A stretch of 64,000 nucleotides of DNA from assembly GCA_013239625.1 (NCBI GenBank), contig MU056277.1, positions 2,272,076 to 2,336,075 on the forward strand, written 5' to 3'. Below the pieces are notes generated by a model. The model worked only from the letters and a program-made list of their open reading frames with translations, did not search any database and was not told the origin of the DNA. The DNA is from Lama guanicoe (taxonomy: Eukaryota). Position numbers and translations under genes: made by a program. Positions 22,481-34,900 of this stretch are shown here, one piece after another (within the stretch, counting starts at the first letter, position 1; every line of letters begins with the position of its first letter).

Positions 22481-25400
22481 AAAGAGCAAAATAGTTACAC
22501 CCCTCACCCTGGAGTCAGACGCTCTGTGCCGCGAGTCACCAGCCCAGACCCTGAGCAGACCTCCCTCCCACCCCCATCACCCCCCACCCCCCAGTCTCTC
22601 TCTCTCTCACACACACCCCACACGGCCCGCTCTGCGGCCTGCGCCCCCCGCGGGCTGTAACGGCACCAGCGGCACACGTGAAGGTTCTGGTGCTTCGCTG
22701 TCTGTCATCTGAGCTGACTGCGCTTCTTTGGAAGAGAAAGAGAACGGTCTCCTGCCCTGAGAGACTGGCACCTGCCCAGGGCGGGGCTAACCCAGGGACC
22801 AGCACTGACACTCGGAGAAGCGTGAAGTATGTGGCAAAAACAGTCGGGAATTTCCTTAAAGAGAAGCTAGACCCCAGGGAATTAACTTCTAGCTGTCTGC
22901 CGCAACAAAGTTAAGCAAATTCCCAGTTTTTTAAAATATTTGCCCTTGAAAATACGTTTCTGCAATTTCATCTGACACTGGAGGGCGCTAACCCCCCCGC
23001 CACAGGGGAGGAGACGACACGCACGGCAGGAGGAGCAGGGGCCGGGGGCTCACAGGCTGAGGGCTGACAGCAAGCCGTCCTGAGCTGCTGCTGTTTATCG
23101 GCCCCAAAAGAAAGAAAACATCGTATCCACAGTAGCAACATCCGGGGACGCTGTAGCTGTCATCTGAAGACTCGCCCGATGCCACGATTTGCAGACAATC
23201 GCGTTCCCGGAGGCGTTAAGACAGGCGGCATGGAGGAAAGTCCTCTCACAACAGAGAAACACACAGCAGGGCCAAGCAAGCAAGACGCAGCCAAGGAGGC
23301 GGCTCAGCGGGGTCGCCCAGGTGTGCTTGCCGGGCTCCAGGACGGGGCTCCCTGGCTCTCACTGCCACGCCGGGCCACCTCCTCTCCCCGGGACGCCTCG
23401 CCCTGCCTACACCGCGCACAGCCTGCGACACCTGGCAGGAAAGCCTGGATCCCTGTCTCTGGGACAACGCGTCCACCCCGGGTTATGCCCGACCGCCCTC
23501 TCAGGTCCATCACAGCTCGGCAGGGGCACTCGGTTTCACGCTCCAGTCCCGTCTCAGCCCCACGTCGTTCCGGGAACGGGGTGACGACCGCTCTGGCTAC
23601 TTCCTGCTGAAACAGGGCACAGTCCAGCCTCGATCTGGCCACTGAGTTGGCTCCAAGCCCAGGATCCGAGTCTTCTGTGATTAAGATCTCATTCCCTGAG
23701 GAGCTCAGGAGAGCGAGCCTGAAAGCCTGGCCCGGGGCGGGGGAGGGGCTCGCAGCCTGCTGCCTGCTTTCATCTGAGTGGGTTTTAACTTCTGATGTGG
23801 GGTTAATGCACACACAGCAGGGAGCACCGGCCACTGCTCCTACCTCCTTCCTGCAATATCTGATCCAAAACAATTTTATTGTCTAAAAATGTGATGGTTA
23901 CAAGAGGTCACAAGGTTGCAGCTGCCAGAAGACTCGGCTTTGAAAATGGCTGGTGGTCTCCTGAGTCTGACACAGCTCAGAAAATCAGTGTTCTCAACAC
24001 AGGAGTGTGTCCAAAATCACATGCACAATGACCACCTAGTTTACCTTGAACGTCTGAGCCACGGCCACTCCTCTTTGACTCACATGCATTCCCTCAAGGC
24101 CAAAGCAGATGTGCGATGTGCATCCCAAAGGCCATAAAGCAGCCACTTTGGTCAGTGAAGTTCAAGTCACGCCAGCCATAAGCCAGAGTGACTCCCCGCA
24201 CCTCCACGTGTGCAGGCTTCCCCACCACCTCGCTTCCTGATCACAAGTCCTTCAGTAGAAAGGACTGATGATCAAAGCATCTGTGCCTCGATGCTGGGGG
24301 GTGGCTCCCGCCCCAGGGTCAGATCACGTCCCTCAGCGCTGGGCCTCCAGTTCTCCACGTCGGGGGAACTAATCAGACACCGTGAACAGGCTCAGGAGTG
24401 TGTTAAGGGGAAGCACTTAATGGGCCGTCCGTCTGACCACTCGTGCCCAACTGTTAGCAAGCACCGTACGTGTACTTTTAGCAGCAGACACAGAGCAAGC
24501 ACTGCTACACGTCATGAGTCATCCGCCACCCTCGGCGACAACTGCGTCAGAGGGTTCTCTTCCCATCCTAAACCGGGGGCGCTATGGCCGGGGAGCCAGA
24601 CGTTTGGTAATCAGTCCAATTAGAAAGCAGACTAAAAGCCAGCAAAGTCTCAGGACTTTGAACCACCACCACATTCGTCAGTTCGCTCGATCCTATGCAA
24701 TCAATCCCCTTCACCAATCGTCCTATGAAATTACTTCTCAACAGATGTCTCAAGTGTCCCACCCAGCTCAGCAGTATGACTTAAAAGAAACCTGCGCTTG
24801 TCAAAAAATCCTTTTTATGAATCACCCTGAAGACGAAGCGGCTCTGCAAAGCGTGAGCCTAACTGTGTATGAATGACAGACCCACGAGGCGAGGCAGAGA
24901 CCTGATTACAACGCTCTCGACAAAGACGCTTAAATCAAGCTGCTGTGACAGATACAGTCCAAGACATCAGCCAGAATGGCTGACAGCCCAACACCAGGAC
25001 ATACAATTTCCAGAACGTCTGTGTCGATAACACGTGTCCATGCGGCCTGAGGAGGCTCATCACTCCTGTGACAATGCTTCCCCTGCAACCCGACACACCA
25101 GCCAGGCCTCGTTAGGTTAGCGTAGTTCTCTGAGGTGCCTCAGGGGCCCTCTGAAGCTTCCCGAAGTTAGCTGAAGTCAAAAGAAGTTGAATTTGCATTT
25201 GATAGGAAGTTTGTCAAAAAATACCAAAAAGTTTCACAGAATCTTCTATCAGAAGCATTCCGAGTAAACTTGTTGTCTGAGAGAGGAATCAGACCTGGCC
25301 CCGCACCCGCCCAATTTTAGTAACAAAATCTACTTACCCAGTTAGGTTTAATCTAATCTCAGCCCGACCACGTACAGAGCTCCTTCGTCAGGGCTCCTTT

Positions 25401-25775
25401 CCACGAACTTTCTGTTTCCACATTAGTTTGCCCCTTATTTTTTTCCGTCCAGAAACAGCCAGCTCTAGGACCAAAGCACGTCTTCCCCCGTGACAAAGTG
25501 CGATTCCACCCCTCACGCCATCTGGTTTTTTTTACTTAAAACATACACCCTACCTTCCCACTGCACATTAAAGTATTTCCCCCATTAGCTCCAGTAGCTT
25601 CAGTTACATATTTACGTTAGAATCCCTGGTTCTTAAGAACCTTAATTTCTAGAGAACGTGTCAGTATTTTGCTTGGCGATGACCTAGCTTTCTGCTGTTC
25701 AGTAAACTTCCAGCATTTAACTTAATTTAGCACAACTCTAGAACTTCAAGTCACCAAATATCTGGAGAGATTATT

Positions 25776-25881
25776 CTGGGTTTTAGGGGGGTAACTGGGT
25801 TTATTTATTCACTTTTGGGGGGTAATCAGATTTACTTACTTATTTATTATGGAGGTACTGGGAGCTACCCCCTCGCCCTCG
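25776..25881 (-). mobile_element. tRNA-derived SINE (Vic-1-like), internally deleted, with target-site duplication
   Basis: AT-rich tail plus ggaggtactggg..agctaccccctcgccc, flanked by ggagagattatt (25764-25775) and ggagagatcatt (25882-25893). Confidence 0.6.
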
Positions 25882-27057
25882 GGAGAGATCATTGCAAAGC
25901 AGACTTTCCTAAAACGTAATTATTCCTACAGCGCTCACCCAGGAGCTCTTATCTCATCTGCATTTAACGTACTTACAAGAATTTCCATCATATCACGGTA
26001 GTTAATTTTCTTCTTCCTGCTGACAAACTCAGCCACAGAAGCCTAGGTACAAGACATTTCCGTGGTGATCACACCCACAAGCTTAAGCTAGCTTTAACAT
26101 CAAGTACCAATTCAATATTGAATATTTCCCTGATCACATTAACCTGAAAATTGTTCTGTCTCGCTTCCTTTGCACTTAGAACTACTTCACTTGTAAGCAC
26201 TTACTTTAAGGTCAGTTAAATAGAACTCATCCACAAGTGGGCTGGTTTCTGTTTTCTGTTTTCTGTTTTTTGTATAAAGACAGGCAGAATCACAGATCTC
26301 AGTGCTTCCGGCCTGAGTTAAAACCCCTCTTTTCTTCCCTGTGGGCTCAGGGAGACTGTCCATCTCAAAGGCACAGGATGAGACATGCCGTTCACCCTCT
26401 ACCTGCTTCTACAAAACCCAGTCAGCCTGCCTATGTCCAGGGATTTTTTTTCCAGTCCCCAAATGTCCACTTCAGTTTAATGAATCAATAGTACTAGACA
26501 ATGTAGATCTCACATCCACGTGCCTCACTTTTGGCAAAACCAGGATGAGGACAGGATTTGGACTCAGGCACCAAGACACTCGCATACACACACGTACACA
26601 CCCCCCAGATAAAAATCAAACTGCAAAAGGCCCACTTTGATACAGTAGCAGAACCATTACGGGCCACTGCTCTCCAGATCTCAGGGAGCACTGCGCCCAC
26701 ACACAGTAACGATCAAACAGCATTTTCCTTCATTTAAGGGAGCAGAGCTGAAGATCTCCCAGTTCTGTAAAACACACCCCAGGGTTACTGTGAGATGAAA
26801 CAGCTCTGATCGTCCGTACTTAATTACTCACAGGGGAGGCTGTCAACCACCAAGCAAACAGTTCAGAACAGCCTCTCAGGAGCACGGCTCCCTAGCCCCC
26901 AGAAGGCGAGAACCCAAACAACGCCCCAAAGACGAAGCCAAACGGAAGACCAAGGCCAGAAAAGGGAAACCCCGATCAACGCAGGAGGGAAGGGTACCCT
27001 GGTGTCACCACACCCGAGCCCCAGCACTCACCAAAGACACCTCAGTTGGCGCTCGCT

Positions 27058-27105
27058 AGCTCGCTCGCTCTCTCTCTCACACATACACACACACACACAC
27101 ACACA
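27058..27105. repeat. Compound (GCTC)/(TC)n/(CA)n microsatellite
   Basis: Read directly. Confidence 0.85.
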
Positions 27106-27711
27106 AGCGCGAGCGACAAACGCGGTCCCACAAACAAAAGACCAGGCGCGGAGCAGCCCAAAAACCCCACTTCCACTCCCCAGAGGCCTCCAGTGTGGCC
27201 TGGCTCCCAGTGAGCCCAGAATGACTCAATGCCCAGCAGGGAAGGAGTCCAGGTGAAGCGGGTAGAAGCTTCCATCCTGCGCAAGCTGGAGTGGCTCACC
27301 CCAAAGCCACACACACAAAAACACAAACAGCAAATAAGCCATGGTCACACAGACAGACACAGTGTCGTCTAAAACCTCCACTTCCACTCCCAGACGAGGC
27401 GTCCAAACAGACGGCCCAGCTCCCGAAAGACAACGGACCCAGAGCAGCTCACTTCCCTGGGAGGAGTGAGCCCAAATGGATGGAGACTCCCAGCCTGCGT
27501 GAGCTGGAGCCACTCACCCCCGGACACCAAGTGTGGACCACAGACGTCTCCTAGCTCCACACAGCCTCATGCCAGGGCGGCTGGCCATCAGGGAGAGTCT
27601 CTCCCGGTTCCCTGGAGCAAAGTGAGCCCTGCAGCTGCTGGGACCCAGGGGAGGCCTGGCCCAGCCAGGGCGACCTGCAGGCAGAGACTCCTGTGCTGGC
27701 TTCACCAAAAC

Positions 27712-28160
27712 TGTTACTGAAGGCGCGTTCACAAGCCTGCTGCACCGTGAGGCCAAACCAACCAAAATGCAGGGGTCTGGAGCAGAGAAAGGTTTACTTC
27801 AGGGCTGAGCAAGGGAAACAGGTGGCTCATGCCCCAAAAGCCCCAAACTGCCCGCAGGGTTTCAGCTGAGCACTTCTAGAGGCCGGCTGAGGGAGGGGCG
27901 TCCCCGGGTCTGTGATCAGCTGTGCACAATTCTTGGATGGGTTGACGGTGATCAATCCTTAGGCTCCAGAAGGTCTGGGGGCCACGTGCTCATGATCATC
28001 AAATAGTTAATTTCTTCCATTTGGTGGTGGTTTTGAGCACCTGAAAAACTCAGGAAATCTGCATGAGATACTGTGATCTGGGTCGTTCGGAGGAGCTGCA
28101 GCAGAGGGTACAGGGGAGTCTGTCCCAGGAGGCGCCCAGTGTCCTGCTCCATTTCCCCTC
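27712..28160 (-). mobile_element. ERV LTR (5' LTR of the adjacent internal remnant)
   Basis: Ends ...TAACA on - immediately before TGGTGAAGCCAGCACAGGAGTC (cf. tRNA-Arg PBS TGGCGAGCCAGCCAGGAGTC). AGTAAA polyA-like signal at 27793-27798. The right boundary is approximate. Confidence 0.7.
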
Positions 28161-28367
28161 TCCTGCATCAAAGCACAGTTCACCCCGAGGGCACACACGT
28201 GTGATGGGGGGCGCACAGGACAGTCGCCGGAGGTCACCCCCAGACCCTGGGGCCTGGGAAGGAAGCTCAGTGTCACGTCACATCTTTAATGTGATTACAT
28301 GTCCCACCACACTCATAAATTATGCACTCGTACGTAACTTTCTAAAACAAACAAAAAAACCAGTCGA

Positions 28368-28445
28368 TTTTGTTTTTTTAAGTAGGTATTGGGGACTGAA
28401 CCCAGGACCTCATGCACCCTAGCACGTGCACTACCACTGAGCAGC
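28368..28445 (-). mobile_element. tRNA-derived SINE (Vic-1-like)
   Basis: ggtattggggactgaacccaggacctcatgcaccctagcacgtgcactaccactgagc is the reverse complement of a tRNA-like head with A and B boxes, preceded by a T-rich tail. Confidence 0.75.
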
Positions 28446-29062
28446 AGGCACCTCTGCAGCTGGGGGACAACGTCATTCATTCATTCCACTAACACTGAAG
28501 CAAAGACCCAGACAATTCACCGAGCAGGGGAAACAAAGTAAAGAAAAAGATCCACACAGCCTGAGAGTCCGGCAGGGAGGGGAGAGTCCGGGAGGGAGGG
28601 GAGAGTCGGCCAGGAGGGGAAGGGGTCTAGGGTTGTGGAGAGACAGGAGGGGGTTCCAGGAGGGGAGGCCTGTGGAGCTGGCACTGGGGTCCACACCTGA
28701 AGGCTGTGAGGGCACAGCCTGGGGCTGGGGAAGGACCTGGCGAGCGGTGGGGGCAGGGAGAGCTTGGTCCAGAAGTGGGGATTCCAGGCCAGGCCCATTT
28801 TAAGGTGCAGCAACTCAGTCTCCTTCTGGAAAGAAGCATGGCTGCTGTCTGTCCCTAAGGACGAGCAGGCCCAACTCGAAGAGAAGAAAGGGCACCCCTC
28901 ACGTCGACAGTGCATGGACCTCGCCTGTGCGCCCGCACCGGACACGCGCCAGCCTGAGACTCTGGTCGGGGTTAGTAACTTCCCGTAGGACCAGGCTCTG
29001 ACCCCTGGAGCCCGTCGGTCGGAGACTTGCTGAGCGCCTGATGGACCAGGCTCCGAACTCAC

Positions 29063-29214
29063 CTGTCATGCTCTTCTGGACACTGCCCCCTCCCTTTAGA
29101 AGTTTGGACCATTTTATGGCTCTTCTGGTGAGCACCACCAGGTACGCGGAGAAGAACTCTTCATAAGCTGCATAGTCAAAGTCTTCAGGCCTTTCAAACC
29201 CGTACGGATCAATC
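29063..29214 (-). CDS. GRTP1: GRTP1 exon 2
   Basis: gcgccgtag|G acceptor, ACA G|gtgagt donor. 152 nt, (R)IDPYGFERPEDFDYAAYEEFFSAYLVVLTRRAIKWSKLLKGGGSVQKSMT. Confidence 0.96.
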
Positions 29215-29920
29215 CTACGGCGCAGAAAGAGGAGGAGGCCGGCGGCCCAGAGTGAAGTTCCGCGTGCACGTGGGCCCTGCGCCGACAGCCGCCCCCAGCG
29301 TGGGGGCGCGGGGCCCCTCCCCGGGCGCAGGATGCGGCGGCGGACCGCAGCCTCGGGGCGCGCAGGCGCCGGCACCACCAAACCCGCACCCGCGCCCGCA
29401 CCCCGGCTGGCCCAGGGCGCCCCGGCCCGGCGCGCCTACCTGGGGACGCGGTCCCGCGCCGCCTGCGTGCGCCCCGCGGACTCCATGCCCGGAGGGGCGG
29501 AACGGGGTGCCGGCGCCGCGGGGCCGGGGGTGCCAAACCCACCTCCCGGGATTCGGGGCCGCTCGCGTCCTTCCGCCGGGCCAAGGGGGAGGGGAGGGGA
29601 GGGGAGGGCGGGGCCCACCGGGACGGGGCGGAGGGCGGGGCTGCACCTGCTCCCGCGGCCCCTGCGCAGGGCGAGTCTCGAGCTGCTGGAGCAGGGAGCC
29701 AGGGAGGGGCCGCCGCCCTGCAGGCCACCCGGCCGGAGGCCAGGAGGGAGGGGTCACGGGGTGGGGGGGGAGGGCCCGGGGCGAGATGGGGGAGCTCGGA
29801 GGCGGGATTGCAGACCCAGCCCGGCAAGGCTGGCCTGACAGGTGCGGCGAGTACCCCCCACCCCAGGCCTCCGGGCCTCCGGGCCTCCGGGCCTCCCGCG
29901 CCTCCCGCGCCTGGAGCTTG
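29200..29920. promoter_or_regulatory. CpG island / TATA-less promoter of GRTP1
   Basis: Very high GC and CpG density around exon 1, with GGGCGG GC-boxes at about 29606-29640. Boundaries approximate. Confidence 0.85.
29440..29486 (-). CDS. GRTP1: GRTP1 first coding exon
   Basis: ggcATGG Kozak-like start, MESAGRTQAARDRVP(R), AG|gtaggc donor in phase with exon 2. The eight exons sum to 1029 nt = 342 aa plus stop. Confidence 0.88.
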
Positions 29921-32900
29921 GAGATCAGTCAATCTGGACTCTTCTACGGCCTTCAGAGCCCAGTGCCCCGCGGGTCCAAAGGCCAGAGTTCTGACCTATG
30001 ACTGCTATTTTAATGTTCTTTTTGCAGAAAAAGATCGTCTTATTGTTTATTTGCTGTCCTGCAGCCCACACTTCAGACCTGGGAACAACATAAAAAATAA
30101 GGACTCTTAATCCCTGCACCGCGCCTCCCCCCAGGGAAGTCTGCCCTGTTCCCTCCTGCCCCCCCCAACCCGGGCCCTCTGCGGGCACCTCCCTCCAACC
30201 TCCAGCCGGGAGCCAGGCCTTGGAAAACTGCAGCCCTGCCAGGAGCCACAGTGTTGGGAGCGCGGGCTACTCCTGCCCAGCAGATGGGCGGTGGGCCGCG
30301 CGGTGACTTGGGGTTAACATCCCAGGCGTCTGTTGTGCTCCCCTCAGGAGGCAGCAGCCAGAGGCGGGGCCCCTGCTCCTCCTGCCTCTTCCCACTTTTG
30401 TTGAGGACCCTTAGGAGCTTGAGTCAACTCTGGGTGACGCCCGCGACTGAACAGAAACGTGACCACAGCCTTCTGTGCCTTTTCCTTGGAGGGGAACCCC
30501 AAACAAAAGCGTGAAAGTTACTACGTTTCCGTGGCCACCGTCCCCCGGTACTGCGGGCGGCCCTGGTGCTGAACCTTGTCTCCTTCCATCCCTGTTCGCC
30601 ATTACACTGTTTTGACGTCTTACTGTCTCACTGTCGTGGTGTGAAAACGTGTCTAGACTGCTTCCTGCATTTGGGAGGCTGTCTAAAATTTGCCCAAACT
30701 GTGTTTTGAATTTTGCTTTGGAAATGTTGGGAAGTAAAAGGAGGCTGAAGGTTCTTTGAGGTTTAAGGTAGCTTTGTAGACTCAGCCCTCCACATCTCAA
30801 GCGTCCTTTTAAAAAATGCATTCAGAACAGTAGGCAAATCTGGCAAGTCAGAAGGCCGCGGCCCCTGCAGGCATCCCTGTGCTGGGAGCCTGCTCCACCA
30901 GGGCCCGGCCCCCTGGGGGAAGTGTCTTTCTGGGACTCCAGGTGCACCTTCTCGAGACGGGTAACTATGGACCGTAGCTGGATGTGGTGGAAACAGTGTT
31001 GCCAGCATCCACTGCAGTCTGCCTGGGCTATTGTGACCCAGCCTGGTCCTAAACGTTGGTTTTTCAGGAATGTTCCATCTGGACAGTAATTTGGGGAACA
31101 CGCCTGCCCCTAAACTGAGGATACCTGCCTGTCCACTTTCATGTTTCTCCAACCCCAGAGGACTGTGAGAAACGGAGCGCTCCACTGGGCATGACCCCAA
31201 GCGCTCCTCACGGGCTGCTTCTGGGAAGCTTCAAGCGTTCAGCTCAGTTCACAGGGTTTTGCTTGTGAAGGACACGATGTCCCTTTCGGAGACCCTGCTC
31301 CAGGCCCCGCCTCCTTTGCCCTTTTCCCACCAGGCTGGCTCCATCTGCAGACCCCCGTCCACAGATAGGTGACTGACCTTCACACTGATGCAGGGGGATC
31401 CCCTGGCCCACCCTGAGTCCACTTCTGCCGGTTTTACAAAACTGAAGGAGCACACAGCCCCACCTCAGGCTCCCTGCCCTCCGGGTTCTGCCCCGCTGCC
31501 CCACTGCCCCGCTCCTGTCCTTGCCAGTCCCCTCTCACCACCCAGGACAGGGCTGCTGCCAACTGAAGTAATGGCCCCCTGAGTCCCGCTCCCCGTCTGG
31601 CTTTTCTTTGGGGCCCAAACCCCATTTCCTGCTCCCTGTCGCCGTCTCTACAAGCAGGTTCGGCACTGCTGCCCCCTTCCCTTGTGGCCCCTAACTGCCC
31701 CGGCTTGTGGCCCTGCTGGCACAGCTCTGCGGTGTCCACCCACCTGGCAGTCTCGGTGGGCGCTTCGTGCTCCCCGACGGCCTCTTTTCCTTATTCCTGT
31801 CCTTCTTGAGGTGGTATCAGGATTCCAGCCTCGCCCTTCTCCCACCTCCTCACAACTGCCTGGTCCTGGTCCCCAGGCCCTGACACCCTGGCAGGAAACA
31901 GCACGGATGTGTGCACTTGGACTTGAGTGTGGTGGCCGTACCCCCGAGCAGGGGCATTTGAAGCCAGATGAAACCACAGGGTGGGCATTAGATAAGTGGG
32001 GGGCCGCCCGCAGGAAGAGCAGAAGGAGAGATACAGAGAGAGAGGACCAGCGCTGGGGCGGGCGAGGCTGGCCAGCAGCCAGAGGGCGGTTTAAGGGCTG
32101 CCGGCCCCGCCTCCCAGCCTGCCTGCACCCCCAATGTCTCCTGAGCTCCCCACTTAGGAGCAAGAGGCATTTGGACCCCTGTGACCTCAGAGCCCTCCTT
32201 CCTCCTCCAAATGCCCAGCACTCCAAGTTTCCTGGGCATCTTCACCGGCCAGACACAGATCACGTCCAGAGGAAGGAAGCCAAACTGTGCACAGCCCCCC
32301 GGGGTCAAGCGTGTGCCCGCGCAGAGGGCTCCTGGTCAGACTGTGATGGGACCCTGGCCAGGCTGCTGTGGGAGAAACGCTGCTGCGGAGCCTGCTCTGA
32401 GGGCCTGAGGGCTCCGAGGGCCACCCCCACCAGACCCTCTCTTCCTGCAGGAACTCCCTGTTCTCCTGGCGTGACTGTAGTAAGATGCTGTCAGAGCACT
32501 TTAGTTCTGGGGTCCCCCCAGGTCAATCGCTGTGAAGGCCTGTGGGAGATGGAAGCACACAGGACAACACTGAGCCCGCTGGTCACCACAGAGCATGTGG
32601 CAGGTGGCCGCAGACACCACGCTTCCCGGCCAGGAGGGCGGGGCTCACGCCCATAACAGGGGACCCCGAGGCAGCAGAGGGTGCGGGGAGCCGCCCTCTG
32701 GTCTACACGCCCCCTGCACCCTGAGGTCTGTGTGACAGTGTGACCCCGCGTTCACTGAGGATGAGGAGGGCCTCTGGGTGAAAAGAGCCTGAAGAGAGGT
32801 GACCGGCGACAACTGGGGGCCAAAACACCCAGACTGAATGTACTGCTGGCGACTAGGCGGGACTGGACATGGACGTGGGAGGAGGTGAGGTCAGGGGCCT

Positions 32901-32939
32901 GTGAGTGATTCTGGGTGAGACCACTCAGCCCTGTTCCAC

Positions 32940-33020
32940 ATGTGAGTACGTGCGTGTGCGTGCGTGCGTGTGTATGTGTGTGCGTGCGTGTTTGTGTGTG
33001 TGTGTGAGTGCGTGCACGTG
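32940..33020. repeat. Degenerate (TG)n/(TGCG)n repeat
   Basis: Read directly. Confidence 0.85.
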
Positions 33021-34629
33021 TTTAGTGGAAACAGACCGCCCACCTTGCTGAGCCCCGTACCGTCTCTGCCGCGCGGTGCTGGCCAGGGGACAGGACGCTT
33101 GACCCCTGCATGCGCCCAGCCAAGGAGGCCCCTCCCGGAACAGGCTGGGAACCTGCTCCCGGTTTGGTCTGCCGTCCCACTTGCTCGGCAGCTGTGCTCC
33201 CCGTAGCTCCCCAGACGCGCTCGACCACGACAGGAGTCCCTCCACACTTGCAGGCACCCTTTCCAGTAAAGTGCTAAGTCAGATTTGTTTGTTAGCTTCA
33301 GAAGAGTGTTGCGGCTAAAATGACATGCGATCTGGAGGTGGATTTAATATGCTTCCCAGGGGGCCAATGGGAGAGAGCAGAGGGAAGGGAGGCAGTCACT
33401 GAAGGCGGGCACTGGGCACCTGGAGGGCCCTTTTGCATGTTTGAAAATGCCCCCGATGATCAGTTTTAAACAGTAAAGGAGTGATGCAAGGGACAGCAGG
33501 GGACAGCAGGGGACAGCTGCCTCTGAGGCCCAGCCTGCCTGCTATGCACCTGCTCCCAGCCTGGGGCACACCAGCCAGCACTCAGCCTCACGGCCTGTCA
33601 GGACGTGCACACAGGGTCCTCACAAGGCCGCCTGCTTCTTCATGCCTCCTGCCTCCCCGGAAAGCAGGCAGGGACTCGAGGAGAGTCAAGGGTATGGGAT
33701 TACAATGACCCATGTGGGGTGACTCGCGGGTTTCCAGTGACCCCACAAAACACCCACGTCTCTGCCTCAGAGGGGCTGCTGGCCCGGGCAAGTGTGGGAG
33801 GCCTGGCTCCGAGGGCAGCTCCGTCGACGAGTGTCTGGTCCACCCCCACCCATTTCTTCTCCCTGTGGGCCAGGCCCAGGCGGGGGCTGCCGGCAGCGCT
33901 GGAACTGTCCCAGGAACACCAGGCCACGTGGCTGCCCTCTGTGGGCCTCCTCCTTGGGGAAGGCCACCCTCCCCGTGCCTGCAGGGTCAGAGGGCAGGTC
34001 CTGGAGACAGCTCAGACCCCCGTCCCCGCCCTCTGGAGGCCCCACGTGTCCTGCAGAAAGTCACGTGTGAGTCTTTCTTCCCTGAAGACCTGGAATAGGA
34101 AAAACAGGTTTAGGGAGAAGGCAAGTCCAAAGTCTCCGGGCTCTGGGCGGGTAATTTGCAGCCGCAGGGAGCACGGCTGTAAAGCCTGGAGCCGGCTGGA
34201 AGGCAGCTCGTAAATCAGACCCTGCTGTTTGCTTCGCTTCCCTCCCCCTTTGAATACAGATTTTCGAACGTCAGGTGTTTTGTAGGCTCTGGGCATCCTA
34301 GGAAGCTTCTGATTTGGCTCGAGAGACAGTTTTGTAAGTGTCACCTACGAGTGAGATTTATTTTTGTGATAAGAAAAAACAAGCATCTTAAAGAGCAAGT
34401 GGTGCAAAACCGCCCGCGTGTGTAATGACCACAGTGAGGTTCTGTCGAGACCCTAGGACGCTGGGGGTGGGGGCAGGAGGCCCCCGGGAGGAGCTGGGAC
34501 TCCGCTCTGCTGGGAACCAGGGGGAGCGGGCCAGTCCTCCGGGCCGCAGAAGCGTGGGCAGGGGCCCCCACTGCCCGTCCCCTCCTTCCCATGTCCCAGT
34601 GACCCTCAGTCCCCTCCACCCTCAACAGC

Positions 34630-34900
34630 CGCGTGAACAACAGAAATTGATTTCTCCCGGTCCTAGAGGCTGGAGGCCATGGGTCTCCATGCCGGCAGGT
34701 TCTGGGTCTGGAGGGGCCTCTTCTTGGTCTGTGCCCTCCTCCCCGCGTCCTCACAAGGTCGCCCCCACACCCCTGCCGTGCGTGTCTGTGTCCTGATCTC
34801 CTCATTAACACACCGGCCGTGTAGGATTAGGGCCCAGTCTCATCTGACCTTAATCACCGCTTTAAAGGCCCCATTCCAGATCCAGGCACGTTCTACAGTG
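34630..34900 (-). mobile_element. MaLR LTR fragment (MLT1-like)
   Basis: aacaacagaaattgatttctc...gaggctggagg...cctcaca...ggattagggccca...gaccttaatcac pattern of antisense MLT1 LTRs. Confidence 0.7.

Larger units (their letters stand above)
24560..27711 (-). mobile_element. ERV1-like (MER4-group-type) internal remnant, non-coding
   Basis: AT-richer ORF-poor tract lying directly downstream (on -) of an LTR and a tRNA-Arg-like primer binding site at 27686-27707. The left boundary is uncertain. Confidence 0.55.

Noticed and set aside
28368-28445. tRNA-like sequence
   Set aside because: Degenerate with a simple tail, so a tRNA-derived SINE rather than a tRNA gene.
32200-32290. Possible extra - strand exon (FGFLPLDVICVWP...) loosely recalling class B GPCR ectodomain motifs
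   Set aside because: Weak acceptor, misplaced Cys and no clear donor. The resemblance is too faint to support a family assignment.
31682-32656. 324-aa + strand ORF
   Set aside because: Non-ATG start, R/P/G-rich composition expected by chance in GC-rich DNA, no recognisable homology.
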